DNA of 64,000 nt from Escherichia phage T2. Each line of letters opens with the position of its first letter. Position 1 is the first letter of the stretch. Location: the sequence record NC_054931.1, one strand, 5' to 3'. Positions 30,919 to 43,462 of the stretch are shown here, piece after piece. The notes below the pieces were generated by a model, which was given only the letters and a program-made list of their open reading frames with translations, searched no databases and was not told the origin of the DNA. Position numbers and translations under genes: made by a program.

Positions 30919-31149
30919 TCATTTATTTTTCTCAACCAATGATTGAATATAATCATGCAGGTCTTTAGATGCTTTGCCCCACTTATTTTGATATTCATTT
31001 TTGAGATTAGCACGTGATTGAGCTAACAAAACATCATTAGTCGGAGGTAAAGATTCTAACCGCTGAATCTGGCGTCCATAAATCATTGCAGCCATCTCGG
31101 ATTCATAAATCAATTCTTTGAGATGTTCAAATTGATGCCATGAAATCAT
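30919..31149 (-). CDS. hypothetical protein
   Basis: 76-aa ORF; its stop lies in an A-run and the adjacent frame stays open for 30 codons. Confidence 0.45.
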   Translation of the reverse strand: MISWHQFEHLKELIYESEMAAMIYGRQIQRLESLPPTNDVLLAQSRANLKNEYQNKWGKASKDLHDYIQSLVEKNK

Positions 31150-31445
31150 TTACATTTATCCTCTTTTAACTCTTGACGATAATAACATATCATAGTTTTC
31201 TGGTCATGTACATATCGTTTTACATCATTAAGCCAAATACGAAATTCCTGGGAATCTTCAAATGGCATACCGACCCAAGCTTTACCATCGATAACTTTAA
31301 CTTGCCAAGATAGTTTAGCTTCATCATATGACTTTATTTGTACAGGCCAATTAGGATGAACTGTTTCTTTCTTTACTTCTAGAGGCTTTGTCGAACAACC
31401 AACTAGAAGACCAATAGATAATATTACTGCTGATAGTTTAATCAT
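31146..31445 (-). CDS. predicted lipoprotein
   Basis: 99-aa ORF with N-terminal signal peptide and lipobox LVGC (MIKLSAVILSIGLLVGCS). Confidence 0.55.
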   Translation of the reverse strand: MIKLSAVILSIGLLVGCSTKPLEVKKETVHPNWPVQIKSYDEAKLSWQVKVIDGKAWVGMPFEDSQEFRIWLNDVKRYVHDQKTMICYYRQELKEDKCK

Positions 31446-31795
31446 TTAGAAAGGTCCTGGATGTCTTCTGCGAACTTGTTGAAGGAGTTGTTGATTTGTT
31501 TTTCAACCAATCCTGGCTTATGAGCCACCACATCCGCCTTCTTTGCGTCTTTGCGCAGTTTTTCATTTTCACGCTCAATAGCAGAAATTGCCTCACGATT
31601 TTTAGTATTCATCGCATCAATATAATTATACTGAATTCGCAAATTATTTAATGCTAAAGCGTTTTCATTGGCCGTTTTTGTAATTTCTACAACAGACGTT
31701 TCTAATCTTTCAATTTTATTTTTTAAAATTAAAGAAGTTCCGCCTAATGCAATTACAATTAATAGCAAACCTGCTGTCGTATTACTTAATTGCAT
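31442..31795 (-). CDS. hypothetical membrane-anchored coiled-coil protein
   Basis: 117-aa ORF with N-terminal hydrophobic segment. Confidence 0.5.
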   Translation of the reverse strand: MQLSNTTAGLLLIVIALGGTSLILKNKIERLETSVVEITKTANENALALNNLRIQYNYIDAMNTKNREAISAIERENEKLRKDAKKADVVAHKPGLVEKQINNSFNKFAEDIQDLSK

Positions 31796-32292
31796 AAAGT
31801 TTTAATAACCTCTATAATATCGTCTTGAGAAAGACCGTTAATTAAAATATGATGTTCAGCTGGAGATTTAGAAATTTTAAAGCATGCCTCAACATCTTCT
31901 GCCATATCCGATGCACTACGATTTGGATTACTAATCCCAAGGCGGTGTTTTCCCGTCAAAGGATTAACGATGATGTAGCATTTACAACTATTGATATGAA
32001 CATTAGGCTGAGTCTGATTAATGAATACTTCGCACTCATACTTAGCGAGTTGATTTTCTAAAAAGACTTTCATCTCTTCAACCGCATCAGGAAGCATATC
32101 ACGGGCTTGCTCAAGACGACGATTTCGATATTCTTTAATGGTCGTTTTCCGCTTGACTTGCTTAGCTAAATCTTTCTTAAGATCAGTGATATATCCAACT
32201 CGACGATTTCCTTTGAATACAGAAATCCCATCTGTAGTATCACCGTATGCTTCAACGACCATTTCAGTAGTAATAAGCTGCAAATCCATCAT
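31786..32292 (-). CDS. alc: Alc transcription termination/host shutoff protein
   Basis: 168-aa ORF between pseT cluster and rnlA; size and position match T4 alc. Confidence 0.7.
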   Translation of the reverse strand: MMDLQLITTEMVVEAYGDTTDGISVFKGNRRVGYITDLKKDLAKQVKRKTTIKEYRNRRLEQARDMLPDAVEEMKVFLENQLAKYECEVFINQTQPNVHINSCKCYIIVNPLTGKHRLGISNPNRSASDMAEDVEACFKISKSPAEHHILINGLSQDDIIEVIKTLCN

Positions 32293-32320
32293 AAAGTCCT
32301 CATGTTATGTCAGTAAGATT

Positions 32321-32350
32321 ACTATAACACAACACGAAGGACTTGTAAAC
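32321..32350 (-). promoter_or_regulatory. T4-type early promoter upstream of alc
   Basis: GTTTAC, 18-nt spacer, TATAGT; promoter plus leader near-identical to the block at 17866-17921. Confidence 0.55.
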
Positions 32351-32353
32351 AGC

Positions 32354-33941
<1,588 letters not shown>

Positions 33942-33968
33942 AATAAAATGGGCCTTGCGGCCCACTCC

Positions 33969-35147
33969 TTAAAAATATTTTTTAAAACTCATCATAACTT
34001 TATCATCAACATCATTATCAATCTGTGCAACAAGGTAAGATGACAGTTCTACTTCTTGTGGCGCGGATTGAACATTATCAGAATTAAGATATTCACGAAT
34101 CCAAGGATATGGATGTTTAACCGGAGCATCGGTAATTGGGCATGGAAGACCGCACTGTTTCATACGAGATACAGTTAAGTAATCAATAAAGCTCCACATG
34201 CTATTTGTATTTAGTCCGGGAACGTCTCCATCTTTAAATAAATGAACCGCCCAATCTTTTTCTTGGCGGTTAACTTCCATGAAAATATCAACTGCTTCTT
34301 GTTCACACTCTTTGGCAATTTTAACCCATTCATCACCATCAGTGCCAAGTTGAAGTTGACGAATAATATATTGTGTACCTTTAAGATGAAGCTGCTCATC
34401 ACGTGCAATGAACTTCATAATCTTGGCATTACCTTCCATGATTTCCATGTTCTTATGGAAGTTAAAGGTACATGCAAAAGATACATAAAAACGAATAGCT
34501 TCCAATGCGTTGATTACGTGCAGGCAGAGGTAAAGAGAGCGCATTAGTTCACGTTTCCAATACATTTCATGCTCTATGGCATCTTTAATATCATCTTCGT
34601 CTGCGTTAATTTCTTTTTTGTACTCAATATCAGCTTTAGCATTCTGCCAATATCTAGTTTTCTCAATAACATCATCATAATAACGACCAATAGATTCAGC
34701 ACGTTTCATGATAGCTTTATCTAATACAATCTCATCAAATACCTTTGATGGATCAGTATAAAGATTTCGCATAATATGAGTGTATGAACGACTGTGAATA
34801 GTTTCACTAAAAGTCCATGTAGCAACCCATGTATCAAGACTTGGGTCTGAAATTAACGACATAAGTACAGCAGACGGTGCACGACCCTGAATGCTATCTA
34901 GAAGTGATTGATACTTCAGGTTATTAGTAAAAATATCTTGCTGATATTGAGGAAGCTTGTTAAATTGCGCAGCATCCATCATTAAGTTTACTTCTTCAGG
35001 ACGCCAGAAAAATGACAACTGCTTTTCGGTTAAATCTTCAAAAACTTTATGACGTTGAATATCATAACGCGCAATACCAAGACCTGAACCAAAAAACATA
35101 GGTTCTTTTAAAACATCAACTGGATTTGTATTAAAAACTGTGCTCAT
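33969..35147 (-). CDS. nrdB: ribonucleotide reductase small subunit NrdB, uninterrupted
   Basis: 392-aa continuous ORF; no intron (T4 nrdB carries a group I intron). Confidence 0.92.
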   Translation of the reverse strand: MSTVFNTNPVDVLKEPMFFGSGLGIARYDIQRHKVFEDLTEKQLSFFWRPEEVNLMMDAAQFNKLPQYQQDIFTNNLKYQSLLDSIQGRAPSAVLMSLISDPSLDTWVATWTFSETIHSRSYTHIMRNLYTDPSKVFDEIVLDKAIMKRAESIGRYYDDVIEKTRYWQNAKADIEYKKEINADEDDIKDAIEHEMYWKRELMRSLYLCLHVINALEAIRFYVSFACTFNFHKNMEIMEGNAKIMKFIARDEQLHLKGTQYIIRQLQLGTDGDEWVKIAKECEQEAVDIFMEVNRQEKDWAVHLFKDGDVPGLNTNSMWSFIDYLTVSRMKQCGLPCPITDAPVKHPYPWIREYLNSDNVQSAPQEVELSSYLVAQIDNDVDDKVMMSFKKYF

Positions 35148-35198
35148 AAATTTTCCACTTAGTTAATAGATAGTGACTCGTCCATGAGTCAAATTATA

Positions 35199-37463
35199 TC
35201 ATAATTTACAGGATGAACAATCTTCAGCTTTTGGAGTTTCTATTTCATAATCATCAGTACCAGAACCATCGCGGGTATTATGATAATAGAAATTTTTAAT
35301 GCCATAATACCATCCGTATAACATGTCATCAATCATTATTGACATTGGAACCTTTCCTTTTGGAAAAATCTGCGGGTCATAATATGTATTCGCTGAAGCT
35401 GATTGACATACCCATTTCAGCATAATAGCTACCTGCGTAAGATAAGGTTTATTACCTTTCTTAGCTAATTTCCATGTATAATCATATAGGTCTATGTTAT
35501 GTTCAATATTGGGCACGACTTGATTAAAGGAACCCTCTTTTGATTCTTTAACAGAGACTGGTCCACGTGGAGGCTCGATACCGTTTGTACTGTTAGAAAC
35601 TTGGGAAGATGACTCACATGGCATAAGTGCTGATAATGTGCTATTACGGATGCCAAAGAGCTTAAGGTCTTCCCGCAGCGACGACCAGTCACAAACGTAT
35701 TTTGGAGCTGCGATTTGGTCAATCTTTTTATTGTACCAGTCGATAGGTAATTCGCCTCGAGACCAACGAGTGTCTGAATAATATTCACAAGGTCCTTTTT
35801 CTTTGGCGAGCTTAATGGATGCTTTAATGAGTCCATACTGTAATCTCTCAAATAGTTCATGTGTTAAATCGTTAGCATCTTCATAAGAAGCAAAGTTACT
35901 TGCCAGCCAAGCTGCATAGTTAGTAACACCTACACCAAGGTTACGACGCTTTTTAGCTTTTTCTGCTTCAGGAACTGGATATCCTTGGTAATCCAACAGA
36001 TTATCAAGAGCACGAACTTGAACTTCTGCCAATTCATTAATTTTATCTTGGTCTTGCCAGTCAAAATTATCTAGTACGAATGCAGAGAGAGTACACAATC
36101 CAATTTCAGCATCAGGACTATTCACATCATTTGTTGGAATAGCAATTTCACAGCACAAGTTACTCTGACGAATAGGTGCCTTTTCACGAATAAACGGAGT
36201 ATAGTTATTCGTATTATCAATGAACTGCACATAAATCCTTGCTGTTCCTGAACGTTCAGTCATGAGCAATTCAAATAGTTCACGGGCTTTAATACGCTTT
36301 TTACGAATATTAGGGTCTTTTTCTGCTGCTTCGTATAATTCACGGAAACGGTCTTGGTCTTTAAAATAAGAATAATACAGCTCTCCACCCATTTCATGCG
36401 GACTGAACAAAGTAATGTAATCGTTCTTTCCGAATCGTTCCATCATCAAATCATTCAGTTGAACACCATAATCCATATGACGGATGCGGTTTTCTTCTAC
36501 GCCTTTGTTATTTTTCAAAACGAGAAGATTTTCAACTTCCAAATGCCAAATAGGATAATAAGCAGTAGCAGCGCCGCCACGAATTCCACCCTGTGAACAT
36601 GATTTAACAGCAGTCTGAAAATGTTTCCAAAAAGGAATAACACCAGTATGGCGTACTTCACCCATGCCAATCTTAGAACCTTCGGCACGAATCATACCAA
36701 CGTTAATTCCAATTCCAGCGCGTTTAGAAATATATTCAACAATTGAAGCAGAAGCTTTATTAATTGACTTTAATGAATCACCAGCTTCAATAACAACGCA
36801 TGAACTAAACTGCCGAGTTGGAGTACGGCAACCAGCCATAATAGGAGTTGGCAGTGAAATCTGTCGAGTAGATACTGCTTCATAAAAACGAATAACATGT
36901 TTTAATCTGTCAACAGGTTCATCTTGATGCAATGCCATTCCAATAGTCATAAATGCAAACTGTGGAGTTTCATAAATTTGACCAGTGGTTTTATCTTTAA
37001 CGAGATATTTTTCTTTTAATTGCATCGCCCCGGAATAAGTAAATTCCATATCCCGCTCGTGCTTAATTTTTGATTCTAAAAATGTAATTTCTTCTGCAGA
37101 ATATTTTGACAACAATTCAGGGTCGTATTTACCTTCATTTACACAGTAAGAAATATGGTCAATAAATGAACGCGGTTCATACTGCCCATAAACATGTTTA
37201 CGAAGAGCAAACATTAAACAGCGTGCAGCTACATATTGATAATCAGGTTCTTCAACCGAAATAGAATTCGCAGCAGCCTTAATGACAATAGTCTGAATGT
37301 CATCAGTGGTCATTCCATCACGGAGATATGATTTAATATTTTCATATAATTCATAAGGATCTACAGATGTTCCTTCAGCTGCCCAAGATAAAACTTTAAT
37401 AATTTTTTGCGGGTCAAAGCTCTGAGAAACACCACTACTTTTGATAACATTAATTAATTGCAT
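35199..37463 (-). CDS. nrdA: ribonucleotide reductase large subunit NrdA
   Basis: 754-aa ORF; size and sequence match T4 NrdA. Confidence 0.95.
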   Translation of the reverse strand: MQLINVIKSSGVSQSFDPQKIIKVLSWAAEGTSVDPYELYENIKSYLRDGMTTDDIQTIVIKAAANSISVEEPDYQYVAARCLMFALRKHVYGQYEPRSFIDHISYCVNEGKYDPELLSKYSAEEITFLESKIKHERDMEFTYSGAMQLKEKYLVKDKTTGQIYETPQFAFMTIGMALHQDEPVDRLKHVIRFYEAVSTRQISLPTPIMAGCRTPTRQFSSCVVIEAGDSLKSINKASASIVEYISKRAGIGINVGMIRAEGSKIGMGEVRHTGVIPFWKHFQTAVKSCSQGGIRGGAATAYYPIWHLEVENLLVLKNNKGVEENRIRHMDYGVQLNDLMMERFGKNDYITLFSPHEMGGELYYSYFKDQDRFRELYEAAEKDPNIRKKRIKARELFELLMTERSGTARIYVQFIDNTNNYTPFIREKAPIRQSNLCCEIAIPTNDVNSPDAEIGLCTLSAFVLDNFDWQDQDKINELAEVQVRALDNLLDYQGYPVPEAEKAKKRRNLGVGVTNYAAWLASNFASYEDANDLTHELFERLQYGLIKASIKLAKEKGPCEYYSDTRWSRGELPIDWYNKKIDQIAAPKYVCDWSSLREDLKLFGIRNSTLSALMPCESSSQVSNSTNGIEPPRGPVSVKESKEGSFNQVVPNIEHNIDLYDYTWKLAKKGNKPYLTQVAIMLKWVCQSASANTYYDPQIFPKGKVPMSIMIDDMLYGWYYGIKNFYYHNTRDGSGTDDYEIETPKAEDCSSCKL

Positions 37464-37780
37464 AAGTCCTCAACTTGAAAATCGTCTTTAAACAATCGGT
37501 TAACTATATGAGCTATTATATCACCATGACACGGCTTTGGTTTACATGTGCATCCTAGCCTCATTCCACGTAAAGGCTCTAAATGTTCTTTAGTTATTTC
37601 TCCGGATTTAATTCGACGTATAAAATCTTTTTTGAATAATTCAATGGCAGCCTCCCGGCTGCCAGCATCTTTACCGACGTAATTTCCCCAAAATGTACCA
37701 CGGTGAATATTAACATCAAAGTCGGATTTATATTTATTCACTACCTGGCATAGACGGCCCGCGCGGCGATAATTCGTCAT
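37454..37780 (-). CDS. hypothetical protein with [12 protein letters not shown] Cys/His motif
   Basis: 108-aa ORF between td and nrdA. Confidence 0.5.
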   Translation of the reverse strand: MTNYRRAGRLCQVVNKYKSDFDVNIHRGTFWGNYVGKDAGSREAAIELFKKDFIRRIKSGEITKEHLEPLRGMRLGCTCKPKPCHGDIIAHIVNRLFKDDFQVEDLCN

Positions 37781-38009
37781 ATTGTTTTTCCGTTAAAACA
37801 GTAATATCATAGTAACAATCTGAAGAAGTTTTAACTGTAGAAATTTTATTATCAAAATACTCACGAGTCATTTTATGAGTATAATATTTTTTGCCATAAA
37901 TGATAATAGGCTGATTTGGTCCTGGAACTTCTAACTCGCTTGGATTAGGAAGTGTAAAAAGAACGACACCAGAAGTATCTTTAAATCGTAAAATCATATA
38001 TCCTCGCAA
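37734..38009 (-). CDS. hypothetical protein
   Basis: 91-aa ORF. Confidence 0.5.
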   Translation of the reverse strand: MRGYMILRFKDTSGVVLFTLPNPSELEVPGPNQPIIIYGKKYYTHKMTREYFDNKISTVKTSSDCYYDITVLTEKQYDELSPRGPSMPGSE

Positions 38010-38020
38010 TTAAATTAAAA

Positions 38021-38881
38021 TTATACCGCCATCTTTCCTTTAATTGGCGGGTGAGATACATAGTTGTTAAGAACGAAATCTTTAGGCCTAAGTTTAAGAA
38101 CATATTTTAATTGTTCTTTAGTAGAAAGATATCGGAATTTATAAGGTAGACCACTTATTACCAGCTCACAAAGCTCTTTAGGTTCACGACGCAAAATTTC
38201 TTTACATTGTTCTACGTGATTCATATAGATATGAGTATTACCGCCAGAAAATATCAAATCTCCAGGAATAAGATTACACATCTTAGCTACAATATGAACT
38301 AACGCAGCATATGATGCAATATTAAATGGAAGACCAAGAAAAACATCTACTGATCGTTGATACCACTGCAAATCCAAATAGCCATTACGCACATTAAACT
38401 GATAGAACATATGACAAGGCGGTAATGCCATATATTTAAGTTCAGCTGGATTCCACGCAGAAACAATTTGTCGCCTATCATTCGGCAGTTTTTTAATACG
38501 ATCAATAACTTCTACAATTTGGTCTACACCGCCAAAATCACGCCACTGTTTTCCATAAATTGGACCAAGTTCACCGCTATGGTATCCTAAATCTTTTGCT
38601 TGATTTTCGTAATTTTCATCCCAGACTGTTTTGCCTTGAATTAATGAATCATGCTGAATTAATCGTAAATCATTGACATTTGTGCTTCCTGATAAAAACC
38701 AAAGTAGCTCAGCAATGCAAGCTTTCCAGGCGAGCTTTTTAGTTGTTACTGCAGGAAAACCTTTACTTAAATCCCAGCGTAATTTAGTACCGAACAAAGC
38801 AATTGTTCCTGTGCCTGTTCGATCATCGGTTTCATAGCCATTTTCAAAAATGTCTTTAATTAAATCTTGGTATTGTTTCAT
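38021..38881 (-). CDS. td: thymidylate synthase, uninterrupted
   Basis: 286-aa continuous ORF MKQYQDLIKD...; no intron (T4 td carries a group I intron with I-TevI). Confidence 0.95.
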   Translation of the reverse strand: MKQYQDLIKDIFENGYETDDRTGTGTIALFGTKLRWDLSKGFPAVTTKKLAWKACIAELLWFLSGSTNVNDLRLIQHDSLIQGKTVWDENYENQAKDLGYHSGELGPIYGKQWRDFGGVDQIVEVIDRIKKLPNDRRQIVSAWNPAELKYMALPPCHMFYQFNVRNGYLDLQWYQRSVDVFLGLPFNIASYAALVHIVAKMCNLIPGDLIFSGGNTHIYMNHVEQCKEILRREPKELCELVISGLPYKFRYLSTKEQLKYVLKLRPKDFVLNNYVSHPPIKGKMAV

Positions 38882-38926
38882 TTAGTACCTTATATAAATT
38901 ATAATACATTTTATGAAGCTAAATAA

Positions 38927-39274
38927 TCAATACGGTTTAGCATCAAATTTTCTTTCGATTTCAGGAGTGAAATATAATTCTTTACCGCGTTTAGAAAAGC
39001 GACCAATAATATGATAATTATTCTCATCAAACGTAATATTGCCAATATCCATGGCTTTCAACCAAATATCGATATTTCTATCCAGTTTTATATCAAAATT
39101 CCAATACGGAGAACTATTACCGAAAATACTGCAAGCGGATTCAGTGAAACAACTGCTATAAATCTTGTCTTTAGGAACTACTAATTGATAGACGCCTTTA
39201 ATAAACTGAGGACCCTGCCATTTTGGTTGTTTCGCGTCTTTTTCTAATAGAATAGGGTAATAATTAAAGTTCAT
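38927..39274 (-). CDS. hypothetical protein encoded by an insertion between frd and td
   Basis: 115 codons from ATG 39274 (MNFNYYPILLEK...), weak RBS GGCGGA; not present at this junction in T4. Confidence 0.5.
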   Translation of the reverse strand: MNFNYYPILLEKDAKQPKWQGPQFIKGVYQLVVPKDKIYSSCFTESACSIFGNSSPYWNFDIKLDRNIDIWLKAMDIGNITFDENNYHIIGRFSKRGKELYFTPEIERKFDAKPY

Positions 39275-39294
39275 ATTTTCCGCCACGCGTTATT

Positions 39295-40121
<827 letters not shown>

Positions 40122-40131
40122 ATCATCTCCT

Positions 40132-40374
40132 TCAAACAGACTTTTTCACAATTTTCCAATCAGTTTTAAACTGCTCGACGTCAGAATGGTAAATCCAGAA
40201 TCCTGCGCTTTCTCCGTCTTCATAAAGAGGACATCCATCGCATTCATCTTCCCATCCCATATCACGTAAAAGATGTTCAGCTTTTTCAACAAGTTCAGAA
40301 TCTTTACCGATGATATTAAAATACCATTTACCTCTAACTTCTGAATCTTTGATGCTTTGGCGTTGTAATCTCAT
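40132..40374 (-). CDS. hypothetical protein
   Basis: 80-aa ORF. Confidence 0.5.
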   Translation of the reverse strand: MRLQRQSIKDSEVRGKWYFNIIGKDSELVEKAEHLLRDMGWEDECDGCPLYEDGESAGFWIYHSDVEQFKTDWKIVKKSV

Positions 40375-40399
40375 TTTATTCTCCTTAGTTGATAGGGTA

Positions 40400-40429
40400 A
40401 TAGTATCACACTACTACCCTTCTGTAAAC
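40400..40429 (-). promoter_or_regulatory. T4-type early promoter
   Basis: GTTTAC, 18-nt spacer, TACTAT, then conserved early-promoter downstream block. Confidence 0.45.
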
Positions 40430-40794
40430 TACTTTTTGAAAGTTTTTCGCAAAAGTTCAATGATTTCATCTACATTGTTTTCGTCTACAATGCAGTGAAT
40501 TTTTGTTACGCCAGAAACCTTGTCTTCGATTTCATCTTCTTCAGAAGTCTGTTCTTTATACTCACGAAAACAATGAAATTCATCTTCACAAATGTTAAAG
40601 TAAAAATGCTTTCCATTTGCGCATTCAATGTGTTTTATTGCTCTAAATCCATCAACAAAGAAAGTTTCTTTAACTTCAAACCACCCGCCATTTTCTTCAA
40701 TAATTTTAACTATTGATGAATTAGAACGTGGGCGATAATTAATAAATGTATCAATAAGTCTTGGAACAAGTTCATACTTTTTGCCAATATACAT
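40429..40794 (-). CDS. hypothetical protein
   Basis: 121-aa ORF. Confidence 0.5.
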   Translation of the reverse strand: MYIGKKYELVPRLIDTFINYRPRSNSSIVKIIEENGGWFEVKETFFVDGFRAIKHIECANGKHFYFNICEDEFHCFREYKEQTSEEDEIEDKVSGVTKIHCIVDENNVDEIIELLRKTFKK

Positions 40795-40838
40795 TACGTT
40801 TTCCTCATTTTAACGGGGCTGTAATAGCCCCTTGATAA

Positions 40839-41066
40839 TTATTGTTCAATCAGTCCCATGTAAAATTCTGCGTCTTCAGAATCCATACCATCGCAATATT
40901 CATTAGCCATAAAGCGGGTGAGGTCTTCAAGAGGACCTTCAATAACGATTTGAATACTCCAAAACTTAGAATCTTGCACGCTTGTGATACTAAGTTCAGG
41001 ATAACGATTACGAATAATTTCTTCAATATATTCAAAATCAACGATGTCAATATCAACTTTAGCCAT
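40839..41066 (-). CDS. hypothetical protein
   Basis: 75 codons from [11 protein letters not shown] with AGAGGAAAA RBS; ORF track extends further upstream. Confidence 0.5.
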   Translation of the reverse strand: MAKVDIDIVDFEYIEEIIRNRYPELSITSVQDSKFWSIQIVIEGPLEDLTRFMANEYCDGMDSEDAEFYMGLIEQ

Positions 41067-41109
41067 ATTATTTTCCTCTTTAATCATCAGCAGTATTGCC
41101 GATAGTTGT

Positions 41110-41139
41110 ATAGTACCATGGAAGGACAAGGATGTAAAC
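41110..41139 (-). promoter_or_regulatory. T4-type early promoter (PeSL-like cassette with hairpin at 41170-41188)
   Basis: GTTTAC, 18-nt spacer, TACTAT, ACAACTATC downstream block; shares about 60 nt with promoters at 58510, 61659 and 62147. Confidence 0.55.
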
Positions 41140-41169
41140 CGTTTTGTGAAAAATTTTTGAAATAAAAAA

Positions 41170-41188
41170 GGGGACCCTAGAGGTCCCC
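41170..41188 (-). terminator. terminator after gene 32
   Basis: GGGGACC-CTAGA-GGTCCCC hairpin followed on - strand by TTTTTTATTT. Confidence 0.65.
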
Positions 41189-41210
41189 AATTAATTAGTA
41201 ATATAATCTA

Positions 41211-42119
41211 TTAAAGGTCATTCAAAAGGTCATCCAGGTCCGTGTCATCAGCACTAGATGAACTGCCAGAGCTTGAGCTCATAAAATCATCTTCAGTTTT
41301 TGTATTGAAGTCATCAACATTGAATGCATCCAAATCATCAGCAACTTTATCAGCTTTCTTAGCAGCAGTCGCTGCGGCACCACCCATAGCAGCAGTTCCC
41401 ATAACTTGACTAAACTTAGTGCTCAGTTCTTCGAACGATTTGAATTTATCTTTAGAAGTCATTTCAGAAAGGTCAACCATTTGTTCGAACAGTTCTTTCT
41501 GGAAAGATTCATCGTCAATGTTTGGAATCGCAGATTGATTCAGGAATTTAGATTCGTCGTAGTTACTAAATCCGGAAACTTGTTTAACTTTCAGTACAAA
41601 GTTAGCACCTTCCCACGGACAAGTTACATCAACCGGAGTTTCACCCATTTCAACATCAACTGCAATCATTGCATTGATTTTATCCCAGATTTTCTTACCG
41701 AAACGGTATTTAAATACTTTACCTTCGTTTTCTGGAGCAGCTGGATCTTTTACTACAAGAATGTTAGCCCAGTAAGAAGTTTTACGTTTAACAAGACCGT
41801 ACTCTTTATTGTCAGTGTTGTACAAATCATTTTTACTGATGTACTGACATACTGGACAAGAATCGTAATCACCGTGGGTAGATGAGCAATTTTCGATATA
41901 CCATTTACCGTTTTTCTTGAAACCGTGATTTACAAGAATTGCAAATGGTGCTTGTTCATCATTTTTAGACGGAAGAAAACGAATTACTGCTTGACCGTTA
42001 CCCGCATTATCGAGTTTCAGTTTCCACTCGCCTTTATCTTCAGAAGAAAAACCACCTTTATTTCCAGCCAGTTTAGCCATTTGTGCAGCGAGTTCAGCAG
42101 TAGATTTACGTTTAAACAT
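41211..42119 (-). CDS. 32: single-stranded DNA-binding protein gp32
   Basis: 302-aa [20 protein letters not shown]... with acidic Ser/Asp-rich C-terminus; recognised as T4 gp32. Confidence 0.96.
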   Translation of the reverse strand: MFKRKSTAELAAQMAKLAGNKGGFSSEDKGEWKLKLDNAGNGQAVIRFLPSKNDEQAPFAILVNHGFKKNGKWYIENCSSTHGDYDSCPVCQYISKNDLYNTDNKEYGLVKRKTSYWANILVVKDPAAPENEGKVFKYRFGKKIWDKINAMIAVDVEMGETPVDVTCPWEGANFVLKVKQVSGFSNYDESKFLNQSAIPNIDDESFQKELFEQMVDLSEMTSKDKFKSFEELSTKFSQVMGTAAMGGAAATAAKKADKVADDLDAFNVDDFNTKTEDDFMSSSSGSSSSADDTDLDDLLNDL

Positions 42120-42218
42120 TTTTATTTCCTTTTTAATTTAATTAACAGTTGGTGCTATGACGATGTATGACCTCATAGCTGGTCAGTGAGATAATTATAA
42201 TCTATTTATAATAAGCAA

Positions 42219-42872
42219 TTAATACTTGCAAGATTTCACAGTTTCAATGAAAACATTTTTAGCTTTCTGTGAATCAATATTTAAAATTTTTCTATAAGCC
42301 TTTAACTTTATAGAATAATTATTCCAGACTAAATTATCAGTCTGTTCATCGTGTTTATCAATTATATTTAAAAACGAATCAAGCAAGATAAACGTTTCAA
42401 ACGAAATTATATTCGACTGAAGCAGTTTAAAAATATAACTTGATTGAACCTTTGGATTATATTCAAAGATTTCTTTAAAAGCAGAAACTTCAACTTTTTT
42501 ACTAAAATAATAAATGTTGCGAATATCTTCTTCAAACTTAAATTTAATTTGCTTTAAGCGTCCGATATATTCACGATAAAACACAAGTGCATCAGCGTCA
42601 GAGATGTCACCAATCCAAGCATCTTGGTTAGCAACCAAATTACTTATAAAAATTAAAGCAAGTTCCTTTAATTTATATTTTTCTGATAACTTCTGGAAAA
42701 AATACTTATCCCTTCGCTTTTGATAAGCGGCATCAGACACCCGCATGCACCAATTATACTTAATAACATCATACTTTCCATTCATATGCTGTTTTATCAT
42801 TAAGTATAATTTATAAACTGATTTACCATCAATGTATCTTTCACCACCAGCAGGCATGCGGAATTTAATCAT
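42219..42872 (-). CDS. 59: helicase loader gp59
   Basis: 217-aa ORF; size and synteny next to gene 32. Confidence 0.88.
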   Translation of the reverse strand: MIKFRMPAGGERYIDGKSVYKLYLMIKQHMNGKYDVIKYNWCMRVSDAAYQKRRDKYFFQKLSEKYKLKELALIFISNLVANQDAWIGDISDADALVFYREYIGRLKQIKFKFEEDIRNIYYFSKKVEVSAFKEIFEYNPKVQSSYIFKLLQSNIISFETFILLDSFLNIIDKHDEQTDNLVWNNYSIKLKAYRKILNIDSQKAKNVFIETVKSCKY

Positions 42873-43207
42873 AGTAGAAAATCTAATGTATTAGTTTTTT
42901 CACAGCGAACAACAGAAGGACGTAAAAGATTTTCGTCAATAGCTTCTGACTGAATTTTTTCAATTATACCCGAAGGAATAAATTTAGCAAATTGAGTTTC
43001 AGGAATAGAATTTTCTTCTAAGAATGCTGTTGTAGCTTCAAGATAACTCATTCCAAACTCTTCTACCATTTTTTCAATAATAAATCCATTTTCTTGACGA
43101 TCAAGAAGCTTTGCTATTTCATCCTTTTCTTTCTTGATTGAAAGTTCTTTTTCTGAAAGACCGGTCTCATCGACCGGACGAATATCATTTAGAGAAAACT
43201 GTGTCAT
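42869..43207 (-). CDS. 33: late transcription co-activator gp33
   Basis: 112 codons from MTQFSLNDIRP. Confidence 0.85.
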   Translation of the reverse strand: MTQFSLNDIRPVDETGLSEKELSIKKEKDEIAKLLDRQENGFIIEKMVEEFGMSYLEATTAFLEENSIPETQFAKFIPSGIIEKIQSEAIDENLLRPSVVRCEKTNTLDFLL

Positions 43208-43454
43208 AAAGTTCAACTACCTCTTCAGTTTCAGCTTCAAACACATCACGGTTATCTTTATGATACAAAGCTAATAGACGATTAAACATCTTACCATCAA
43301 CGCCAAGTTCATCTTTAGCACGAATTCGAATATCTTTAATCAGTTCATTATAACCGGAAATTTTCAGTTTATGATCAGATGCTTCTTTAATAAATTTAGC
43401 CAAGTCTTCGCCATGGATAGCTTCATCAAATTCAACCATTTCTTTTTTAGCCAT
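43185..43454 (-). CDS. dsbA: dsDNA-binding protein DsbA
   Basis: 89-aa ORF; synteny 33-dsbA-rnh. Confidence 0.8.
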   Translation of the reverse strand: MAKKEMVEFDEAIHGEDLAKFIKEASDHKLKISGYNELIKDIRIRAKDELGVDGKMFNRLLALYHKDNRDVFEAETEEVVELYDTVFSK

Positions 43455-43462
43455 TATTCACC

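Noticed and set aside
30853-31013. Possible +1/-1 frameshift joining the 76-aa ORF (30919-31149) to a 30-codon open stretch in the adjacent frame at an A-run
   Set aside because: A 30-codon stop-free run in AT-rich DNA is not significant alone and I have no reference length for this gene; left as two frames.
38927-39274. GIY-YIG homing endonuclease assignment for the frd/td insert ORF
   Set aside because: Only a loose GVY...KIY resemblance; the conserved Arg and downstream Glu/Asn could not be placed, so the ORF is left unassigned.
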